This document shows, piece after piece, positions 56,498 through 64,000 of a DNA stretch of 64,000 nucleotides. The position numbers and the translations under genes were made by a program. The stretch lies in assembly GCA_964593885.1 (NCBI GenBank), contig CAZQKK010000001.1:233929-297928 (forward strand), written 5' to 3'. Origin of the DNA: an uncultured Candidatus Saccharibacteria bacterium. Its GTDB lineage: Bacteria; Patescibacteriota; UBA1384; CAILIB01. Positions within the stretch are counted from its first letter, which is position 1. Every line of letters begins with the position of its first letter. The notes below the pieces were generated by a model. That model was not told the DNA's origin and did not search any database. It saw nothing but the letters and a program-made list of their open reading frames with translations.

Positions 56498-57757
56498 ATG
56501 GAGCCTTCCCGCGCCAAAGCAAACCCATTCAAGAAAAAGCAGCAGCGCTCAAGGGTTCTCCTGATGACACTGGCGGCGGCCTCTCTCCTTGTAATTTCTG
56601 GAGGATTCTACCTCTACCTACGATCTCAAGAAACCGGCATTCTCATCTTAGACAGTACTAAGAACCTGGTGGTAAGCCTTAATGGCAGGCAGGTGCAAAC
56701 CCAAACTCAATCACGAGGTATCTTCGTCCCGGTGTACTCTGGCACCTATCGCCTACAAATTGACAAGCCAAACTACCAACCATTTATCACCGATGTCACC
56801 ACTGAGCCTGGGGATATTGCTGAGATTAGGCCGGCATTTACCCTAGTTCCCAGCTTAAAGGAGGCAGTCGGAGATGCTGTTGATTTTGTTCAACCTTCAT
56901 TTGATGAGAAGTACGTCTACTACCTGGGCGATTTTAGGCAGCGCCTCTTCAGGTACGATGTAGCCGCCCAGCAGAGTACGCCACTCACCATAGAGGCACT
57001 CAACGGTGTGAGGGATGTCCAGTGGGGTGGAAACCCTGAAGTTGCCCTTATCGTTCAGGCTGATGGGACCTACCTCCATGAGGTTCCCACCTTTGACTTT
57101 AAGCACCAGATCTTTGCAAAGGTTGCCGGCCCTGAAGTTGTATCACCCATTTGGGATCCAATGAATTCAGAACGTCTTGCTGCTGCCTACATTACACCTA
57201 GAGGAGAGCGGTCTCTCATCACCTCTGATAAGAGATTTACCTCAATTAGCAGACTGGCTAGCCTTGATAGCATTCCTAACCCAGATATCACCTGGTCTCC
57301 TGATGGGAATCTTCTCCTCCTGAGAGGGGTGGACAGCAACCCACAGCGAAATAACCTCTGGCTCTACCGTATGGCCACTGCTGAGTTCACCCAGCTCACC
57401 TCAACTGGAGGTGTTACTTCTGCCTCATTCAACCCAACCTCAGAAAAGGTACTCTACGATACGAGCCTCTCTTCGGGAAATCAGCGCGCCGTTATCACCA
57501 TTGCCGATCAGAGCACCTCACAGCTACCGCTAGATGGCGTAGGTAGTGCGATCGCCTGGAAGGATGCAGGTAGCTACTTCGCCCCAAGCTCTGGCGGTTC
57601 TCTCAACCTTGTTACCCTACAGGGAGCGGTTACCACCTTCCCGATTACCATTCCTACACAGGAAGAAATCACATCACTGACCTACGTAAGCAGCTTAAAG
57701 CGTCTGGTGTTTGCCACCTCAACTGCCGTTTACAGCATAGATCTAGAGAGTAACTAG
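56498..57757 (+). CDS. Membrane-anchored protein with PEGA-like domain and TolB-like beta-propeller repeats
   Basis: N-terminal TM. PEGA-like segment LNGRQVQTQTQSRGIFVPVYSGTYRLQIDKPNY. Repeated ..SPDG../..DP.. blade motifs (ITWSPDGNLLLL). Confidence 0.4.
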   Translation: MEPSRAKANPFKKKQQRSRVLLMTLAAASLLVISGGFYLYLRSQETGILILDSTKNLVVSLNGRQVQTQTQSRGIFVPVYSGTYRLQIDKPNYQPFITDVTTEPGDIAEIRPAFTLVPSLKEAVGDAVDFVQPSFDEKYVYYLGDFRQRLFRYDVAAQQSTPLTIEALNGVRDVQWGGNPEVALIVQADGTYLHEVPTFDFKHQIFAKVAGPEVVSPIWDPMNSERLAAAYITPRGERSLITSDKRFTSISRLASLDSIPNPDITWSPDGNLLLLRGVDSNPQRNNLWLYRMATAEFTQLTSTGGVTSASFNPTSEKVLYDTSLSSGNQRAVITIADQSTSQLPLDGVGSAIAWKDAGSYFAPSSGGSLNLVTLQGAVTTFPITIPTQEEITSLTYVSSLKRLVFATSTAVYSIDLESN

Positions 57758-57758
57758 T

Positions 57759-59801
57759 ATGCCAGTTCTTGAACCACCTACTGACGACTTGACTAGGCGA
57801 GTAACTAGTGACGAGCTATCCCCAGATGGCCTAGATTTGGATACTGGAATTAACCCCCTAGTAGACCAGCCGCTGTTTATTGGTGAAAACAGAGCTCCTG
57901 GTATCCAACCCAACCCAGCTAACAGCAACTCAGCCGATCAACGTGAGAAGAGTTTCCGCGACGAGTACCGCGATCGGAAACAGGCAAAGAAGGATGGCAC
58001 AGAGCCTCGCGGTAAAGAGCTCCCTTCTACAAAGAACCAGCACGCAATTACCCCTCAAGATCAGCAGCTCATTAGTCAAATTGAGGAGCTGGTAAAGAAC
58101 AAAAAGTACGGCCGTGCGCTCGCCATGATTGCTGGCAACCCAAAGGTGAGAGAGCTGATGCGTAGCAAGGTGAGCGAGATTAGGAACCAGATGGCCCTTG
58201 AGGCTGCCAAGGCTAGGGTGAAGATGCTCATCAAGAACGCAATCAGGAGTGCTGTAATGGACATCTTAGTTGCGACCTCACCGTGGTGGGAGATTATCCT
58301 CGTGGTGATTCTCTGTATCATCGCTCTCGTGATAGGAATTGCCATCATGATGAGTAGACCAGTTGATAACCCTCCAAGCGACGTTCCTCTGGGCATAACT
58401 AACGGTAACGAAACTGGGGTTTACCTGAGCAGTAGCATCATGACGCCAAGCATGAAGGTTAGTGACAACTCTGGGAAAACTAATGCGAGAACGCGAGAGC
58501 TCCACCTTGAAACCACCGCTGGTGGTTGGAGCCCAGAAGAGGCTGTAGATGCTCGAGGAAGCAACTGGTGTATTCCTGGAAAGGGATGCCTATCCATGGG
58601 AAGCATTCTTGGCGGGAGCGTTACTGAAGAAGACATGGAGAGCTACGCAACTGCGCGTTTTCCCTACGTGTATGGCTTTGACTTTGACTACCGTGGATCT
58701 AAAGATGGAGCGCCAAGGCAAGGTTGGGGAGAGATGAAAGACTACGCCGGGAAAAAGATCATAATGTTCAATCCAAAGACAAAGAAAGCAGTTGTGGCTT
58801 TGGCTGCAGAATTTGGACCTGCACCATGGACCGGAGTCTGCGCGGATCGAGATTCTGGATCAAATAACTCATCGAATAAGCGCATTACCGTTCCGTGCAG
58901 TGAGCAACGAACATCATGGAATGCCCGTGATGTCGTTGCAGGCCCAAAGAGCCGCACTATACCCAAAGACCTCCGTGCATACGACATCACCCCTCCTGCC
59001 GGCTACTCTGGCCGTATTGCAGGAGGAGAGCCAAAACTTGCTGCAAAAATCGGGATTGGTACTGACCAAGTGGTGATCATCGGTTACGCTGCCGATCAGA
59101 GTTTAAAACCCGGCACCGTTCTCACCATCAAAGATTCTGACATCCTTACCGTAGGAGGCGGTGAGAAACGTGTTGCAGGTGTCCTTCCGGTACCTGGAGT
59201 CTCCGAGGGTCAAAAGAGTGACTGTGGTGATGCTAGTGGTGTCATGACGGCTCTCTACTACGCATCAGATAAGGGTGCAAAAACCCTCACCTACGACCAG
59301 CTCCCACCGGGAATAAAGAACCAGGTTGAGGTGGTTCCACCAGATTTGCAGGCAACAGCTGGTAGGTTTAAAACAAAATCTACCAACGGTGCAGGGGTTT
59401 GCTTGAGTCCTAACTTCATCAACCAGATAAGCGGTTCAGGTGGCGATTGGCAATTTGTCAGCAAAGTCACTGAACCTAAGGGCTTTGAAAAAGCAGTCAC
59501 ATCTATAAAAAATGGAGATCCTGTCGTCATGTATACCCGCGCAGGTGGGTTCTACGGAAACACACAACACATCTTTGTTCTCGTCGGTTACGATGAAACA
59601 ACCAAAGAGTTTATTGTAAACAACCCAACCTGTAATGGTGCAGCTGCTAATGGTGGAAAGTGTACCCCACCAGAGGTAAATGTTGGAATTAAGGGTGGAG
59701 AAGCAGGAGCACCGAGACTGTCATTTGAACACCTCTTTAACTACCAGGGATCTGGGACGTACGGTCATTCTCTAATCATTCGTAAGAAATGGTGGCAGTA
59801 A
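57759..59801 (+). CDS. Membrane-anchored protein with C-terminal papain-like (peptidase C39-like/CHAP-like) domain; candidate cell-wall hydrolase of the secretion apparatus
   Basis: Central TM (IILVVILCIIALVIGIAIMM). Candidate Cys (GKGCLSMGSILGG) and C-terminal His motif HIFVLVGYDETTKEFIVNNP as in C39-like peptidases. Confidence 0.4.
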   Translation: MPVLEPPTDDLTRRVTSDELSPDGLDLDTGINPLVDQPLFIGENRAPGIQPNPANSNSADQREKSFRDEYRDRKQAKKDGTEPRGKELPSTKNQHAITPQDQQLISQIEELVKNKKYGRALAMIAGNPKVRELMRSKVSEIRNQMALEAAKARVKMLIKNAIRSAVMDILVATSPWWEIILVVILCIIALVIGIAIMMSRPVDNPPSDVPLGITNGNETGVYLSSSIMTPSMKVSDNSGKTNARTRELHLETTAGGWSPEEAVDARGSNWCIPGKGCLSMGSILGGSVTEEDMESYATARFPYVYGFDFDYRGSKDGAPRQGWGEMKDYAGKKIIMFNPKTKKAVVALAAEFGPAPWTGVCADRDSGSNNSSNKRITVPCSEQRTSWNARDVVAGPKSRTIPKDLRAYDITPPAGYSGRIAGGEPKLAAKIGIGTDQVVIIGYAADQSLKPGTVLTIKDSDILTVGGGEKRVAGVLPVPGVSEGQKSDCGDASGVMTALYYASDKGAKTLTYDQLPPGIKNQVEVVPPDLQATAGRFKTKSTNGAGVCLSPNFINQISGSGGDWQFVSKVTEPKGFEKAVTSIKNGDPVVMYTRAGGFYGNTQHIFVLVGYDETTKEFIVNNPTCNGAAANGGKCTPPEVNVGIKGGEAGAPRLSFEHLFNYQGSGTYGHSLIIRKKWWQ

Positions 59802-61036
59802 TGAGGTCAGAAGCAACGTATACTGGTGGCATGAGACGTGTCTCTGGAAATACCACTCTCATCGTTGCCGCAGTTGTTGTGGCTGTAGTCCTCATAGTAG
59901 GGGGTGCTTTTGTGGTTGGCATTGGGAGCAATCCTGCAAACCCAGTTCGAGACCAGCAAGACCCAAAACCTGTAGACCTCACTAACTCAGAAACCCAAGC
60001 CCTCTCAAAATCGCTCAGTGCAAAAATTGATAGCTGTGCCGCAATCAGAGAGAACGAGAAGTTCCTTACTGAACTCTCAGACAGCCTCACTGACGAGGGG
60101 AGTATCGGCAAGTACATCACCACCAACGTGACAGATAAGGCAAAGCGCGATGAACTCAATACCCTTCGCCAAGAAGCAAACGCTGCCCTCCAACTCCTCA
60201 TCACAAAGGGTGCTGAGTGTAGTAACAGTAAAACCGCTACTAACCTTGATAAAGAGGTGAGTGACCTCTGGGCAACTACGAGGCAAAAGATCAGCATCCT
60301 CCAGGCTGCTCTCGTGAAGTCACTTGCTGGAAAGTACTACTTCCCAGGTGTTGAGCAGGGAGCAGATAACTACTGTCAGCAGGCTGCAGCAGCTATGGTA
60401 GCCCTTACCTACCTCAGCAACTATGGTGCCACCCCTATAACCCAGCTAGATGCAGCTACTCTTCCAGCGAGCCTCCAGGAAGCTCTCGGTGGTAACTCTA
60501 GTGTAGGTGAATACCCTGCAGGATGGGCGAAGTTCAATAATGATCCTGAAAAAGTTCGGGCCGCGGTTGCCAACCGTGCCAGTATTGCATGGTTTACAAC
60601 CCCAAAGAATCCTAAATCTTGTCCAGTTGGTGACATGCACTTTGTGGTACGGCTATTCAAATCCATTGGTGCACCCATGCCAGATGACTGGGCCTACATT
60701 TCAGATGACGGATACCGAGGAATTATCACACCGGACTACAAGACTTCAGATCCTGGCATTAGAGATAAAGTGTATGCAGCTGTAAAGCTTTCACTCACAG
60801 CAGTCCCTCCTGATCCAGTTGTTGCTGACTTTACCAACCTTGGAGCCTGTAGCTACGGTCACAATATTCCACTATTCATCTTTAACGGAACTCGTTTTAT
60901 TACCAATAACCCAGGTAAAGGAAATGTAAAGTACAACCAAACAACCTGTGGGAGGAAAGAGCTCTCAGAGGAAAACGTAAAGAAGTTCGCTCGAATGGTT
61001 GTGCGTAAGAAGTACCTAACTCAAGTTGGGCTCTAG
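59789..61036 (+). CDS. Second membrane-anchored papain-like (C39-like) peptidase-domain protein
   Basis: TM (TTLIVAAVVVAVVLIVGGAFVV), Cys motif YCQQAAAAMVALTYL, His motif GDMHFVVRLF. Overlaps the upstream stop; the true start may be 59801 or 59831. Confidence 0.4.
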   Translation: MVAVMRSEATYTGGMRRVSGNTTLIVAAVVVAVVLIVGGAFVVGIGSNPANPVRDQQDPKPVDLTNSETQALSKSLSAKIDSCAAIRENEKFLTELSDSLTDEGSIGKYITTNVTDKAKRDELNTLRQEANAALQLLITKGAECSNSKTATNLDKEVSDLWATTRQKISILQAALVKSLAGKYYFPGVEQGADNYCQQAAAAMVALTYLSNYGATPITQLDAATLPASLQEALGGNSSVGEYPAGWAKFNNDPEKVRAAVANRASIAWFTTPKNPKSCPVGDMHFVVRLFKSIGAPMPDDWAYISDDGYRGIITPDYKTSDPGIRDKVYAAVKLSLTAVPPDPVVADFTNLGACSYGHNIPLFIFNGTRFITNNPGKGNVKYNQTTCGRKELSEENVKKFARMVVRKKYLTQVGL

Positions 61037-61038
61037 CC

Positions 61039-64000
61039 ATGAAGCTCACTACGTCTCCACAATTCTCAAGGTTTATCCAAGGAGTGAAGCAGCTCACACT
61101 CCTCCTCTTGATTGAGTTGATGGTGATTGAGCCGGCGCTTTTTGCATTCACTGCAACCAGTCTCCCAGGATTCCCGCAGGTTGCCCAAGCTGAAGAGACT
61201 ACTGCCAAGCCATACTATGGAAGTGCTGAGTGTTACAACACCTTCCTGAACGGGGACGAGGTGGGATCGCCTGGAAGCCTCACGATTACCAATCCGGATA
61301 CGGTTGTTCCTAATGACCTAGGGTATGTTCCTATTGATCAACTTACCATCGTCAACCCAGATTCGAGAGAGATAGTTGACTACACCCTCAACCTATCAGC
61401 TATCCTCACCGACGAGACCTACCCAATCGCCACCAGAGATAGGATTGGTAACCCCGAATACATTCACAGCGTTATTGATGAACTAGGATCAGGGGTTTTC
61501 TACGTTGAGGTTGGCGAAAACCCAGTAGGCAACCTCCCCGCTAACACGAAATGGGTGGTTACCTGTGACAACCTCTCTAGCGAGAGGTATGGTGATAGAA
61601 CTCAGGCCATCATTGATGCCTTTGACCCTCTCTTACCCATTTCACCAGGAGCATCTAACCTGGTAGATCTCTTGAGAGATCCATCGCCTAAGGTTACCTT
61701 TGTAAACCCAACTGATAAATACGCTCTCCTTGGTGAAACTTGTAACGGGGGACTAATTAGAAAACCAAGGTCACAGTGGACATCAGAGGATGTTGTATGT
61801 CCTGGCTTCAAAACTGAGGATGATGTTTTTCAGAATGGGGTATGGGATGCACCAAAGGTAGATACCAGAGTTCTTGCCACCCTCACCTACCTTGTTACCC
61901 CTATTGAACAGGGGGGTGCTGGACGTGAGTTCATCAGGGTGAAGAAGCTCATCCAGTATGATCCTTCAAATCCACTCACCCAGCCAGTGGTTGCCCCAAC
62001 ACCAGATCCTTCAGCAGACCCAGAACAGGAAGCTGAGGACTTAGATAAGATCTTAGATTCCGAGTTTGATGAGAGTGCACCTGTCACCCAAGACGAGGAG
62101 CAAACTGCTTTCCCAAGCTCCTACTACATCAACCCAAACGACCCTCCTCACCTTCCTAAGACCATTTCGAGCTCGGTAATGATCGATCAAATTGATAGGT
62201 TTAGGGTTACAACAAAAATTGAGCAGAAACGGCTGTTTGGAAACAACACCATTGAGTACAAAGTCCAGCCGGCTATGCCCGTCGATGTATCATGGCAGTC
62301 CGATGCAGGCATGCAGAAGGATCCTCCACCTGATTTTTCGAAGCTATCGATGCTCGAGAGTTCAAGGTTCCTCACCAACGCTGCCATTGTAGAGCTTCTC
62401 AACCAGTACGGTTTAGGCGACCTAGAGATCAATGTTAGTGAGACTGAGCTCAATAGCTTGGGCGATATTGCCCTTGTCGTGGGGGAGTCGCTCCTCGAAC
62501 AGCTCCTTGGCTCTCCGCGTGGATCCATGAACGGCTACAACCTCCTCTCCACGCTCAAGAGTATCGGTCTTGCGTACCTAGAGCAGAACCTCGGTCTTGT
62601 CCCAGGTTCCCTTGCTGATATGAACCCACTTGATAAGGTAGATGAAACTGCAGACTTCAGTAACCTCACTCTCAGTGTAGGGAGATCTACCGTTGAGTAT
62701 GTCCTCGGTTTTCCTAGAGGATCGCTCCGTACGAACACGGGTACCTCTAATGAACTGTTGGAGAGTGTGGGCAGGCGGTACCTTGAGAAACAGGTGTTCC
62801 AAGTTTCTGATGGCACCCTTCTAGAGACGCCTGGGTACCCTCTCAAAACCATTGGAGATCTCTTAGAGCGGCTAGGTGAGGGACGGATTGAGCAGGTCTT
62901 CAAGCTTCCAAAGCAGAGCCTCAGGAAGCCAACCTATGACAACAGTGAAACTGGAAAGAGCTTTAGGCAGAGCAGCTTTAAAGCCACCCTCATCTTCCCT
63001 AAGCTTGATGGAGTAGCCCAGGACGAGAAGATGTTTGATATGGCTGACTACGTGAGCGGCAAGCTAAGCCTCGTGCACGTACCTTACAGTGAGGTAGATG
63101 CAAATGGGAACATCGTCCCTTCAAGTGGAAGGAACATGTACGGCTTCACAGAGAATGATTTCAACTTCCCGAGCATCAACATTAGTACCTTTGACGAAGG
63201 TAGCCTCAAGAAGTTTAAGCAAATCGTAGGCAGCAGGGCAATTGAGACCAGCCTTGGAGTATATAGGAGGGAAGGCTCAAACCAGAGCCTCCTGAATGGC
63301 GATAGCAACCTCGCCCCTGTAAAGGAACTCAAGATAAATGGGATCACCTACAATGCCCGCTACCGTCCATTAAGTGAAGTAGGAGCCTGCGGTAAAGAAC
63401 GCTGTAACGGTGACGACGGCACCTCCCCATCAATCTCGTGGTGCGACAACAAGGCACTTTCCTACGTTCGTGAAGGTTCTGAGAGTAAGTGGGTGGCTAG
63501 TCCAGGTGATGGCGACACTATTGGAACGCCGAGCAACCCAAACACCGCTGCAAATATCCGCAGAACTATTGCAGGACTTCAATCAGGATGGGGAAGCCTG
63601 AACAACAACCTGAACTACAGCGATCACTCCTGTGAGAAAGACACCTCATTTGAGTGGACAGATCCTTTCTTGGGCGAAGTTAAATCTGTTGTCCTCAACA
63701 CAGTGCAGGTGAACCAAACGGTCTTTGTGAACCAAGATAATGCCCCGAAGCGTGAGAACTTCTACAACGATGGTGGAACAAGAGGTGGGGAAGATAGCCC
63801 TCAGGCACGCTACAACACTGCCACCTTGCTCTACTACAACCTGCCAGAGAACCACAAGGATGCACCAATCAACACCATCCCTACTTCGGCACACGTCACC
63901 GAAGATGGTCAAACATCTAATCCGGATGAGGTAGGATCCCCACCTAAAACGGTAGCGCAAATTCTCAACACCCTCTCGCTTGGTGGGAAGGGCGGGAAAG
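61039..64000 (+). CDS. Very large secreted/surface protein (partial, >980 aa, continues beyond the window)
   Basis: Signal peptide MKLTTSPQFSRFIQGVKQLTLLLLIELMVIEPALFAFTATSLPGFPQVAQA. I read frame 61039 codon by codon and found no stop before the window end. Only short ORFs on the other strand. Confidence 0.55.
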   Translation, partial: MKLTTSPQFSRFIQGVKQLTLLLLIELMVIEPALFAFTATSLPGFPQVAQAEETTAKPYYGSAECYNTFLNGDEVGSPGSLTITNPDTVVPNDLGYVPIDQLTIVNPDSREIVDYTLNLSAILTDETYPIATRDRIGNPEYIHSVIDELGSGVFYVEVGENPVGNLPANTKWVVTCDNLSSERYGDRTQAIIDAFDPLLPISPGASNLVDLLRDPSPKVTFVNPTDKYALLGETCNGGLIRKPRSQWTSEDVVCPGFKTEDDVFQNGVWDAPKVDTRVLATLTYLVTPIEQGGAGREFIRVKKLIQYDPSNPLTQPVVAPTPDPSADPEQEAEDLDKILDSEFDESAPVTQDEEQTAFPSSYYINPNDPPHLPKTISSSVMIDQIDRFRVTTKIEQKRLFGNNTIEYKVQPAMPVDVSWQSDAGMQKDPPPDFSKLSMLESSRFLTNAAIVELLNQYGLGDLEINVSETELNSLGDIALVVGESLLEQLLGSPRGSMNGYNLLSTLKSIGLAYLEQNLGLVPGSLADMNPLDKVDETADFSNLTLSVGRSTVEYVLGFPRGSLRTNTGTSNELLESVGRRYLEKQVFQVSDGTLLETPGYPLKTIGDLLERLGEGRIEQVFKLPKQSLRKPTYDNSETGKSFRQSSFKATLIFPKLDGVAQDEKMFDMADYVSGKLSLVHVPYSEVDANGNIVPSSGRNMYGFTENDFNFPSINISTFDEGSLKKFKQIVGSRAIETSLGVYRREGSNQSLLNGDSNLAPVKELKINGITYNARYRPLSEVGACGKERCNGDDGTSPSISWCDNKALSYVREGSESKWVASPGDGDTIGTPSNPNTAANIRRTIAGLQSGWGSLNNNLNYSDHSCEKDTSFEWTDPFLGEVKSVVLNTVQVNQTVFVNQDNAPKRENFYNDGGTRGGEDSPQARYNTATLLYYNLPENHKDAPINTIPTSAHVTEDGQTSNPDEVGSPPKTVAQILNTLSLGGKGGK

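Overview
This 64-kb window reads as a chromosomal segment of a small-genome, host-associated bacterium. It is dense with short overlapping genes, small secreted and membrane proteins, and tRNAs, but has no rRNA, no CRISPR array and no obvious transposase. The CPR/Patescibacteria-like character is my inference from gene content, not a database result. The standard genetic code appears to be in use, since TGA, TAA and TAG all terminate intact conserved genes.

Housekeeping genes recognised from motifs: recA-recX with a PEP-synthase-like gene, ftsK, ychF, rpsO-pnp, rpsA, secG, gpmA, galU, murB, tdk, trhO, a ComM/YifB ATPase, ComF, Hsp20, a KefB-type antiporter, an OmpR/histidine-kinase pair, a small (p)ppGpp hydrolase, two NrnA-like DHH phosphoesterases and 12 tRNAs.

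Three parts stand out:
1. The 3' end of the window (about 52.9 kb onward) is a compact Gram-positive-style type IV secretion/conjugation-like module. It runs PrgI/VirB3-like, a VirB4-like gene split by an in-frame TAG, VirB2/TrbC-like pilin, a PEGA plus beta-propeller membrane protein, two tandem papain-like (C39-like) peptidase-domain proteins, and a >980-aa secreted giant protein running off the window.
2. Five more VirB2/TrbC-like pilin paralogues sit elsewhere, four in tandem at 8.85-10.73 kb and one at 13.8 kb. All share a near-invariant YLIWAGIKYITAGGD.KKAG motif.
3. A membrane-anchored, zinc-ribbon-bearing Clp/Hsp100 ATPase with a dead D1 ring lies 5 bp upstream of two type IV prepilin genes.

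Other oddities: a perfect 76-bp direct repeat duplicating the 3' end of tRNA-Asn plus its terminator; tRNAs with unusual anticodons (Ile-UAU, Arg-GCG); a reprolysin-like secreted zinc protease; a TasA/camelysin-like protein; and a hairpin-rich non-coding stretch after a tRNA cluster.
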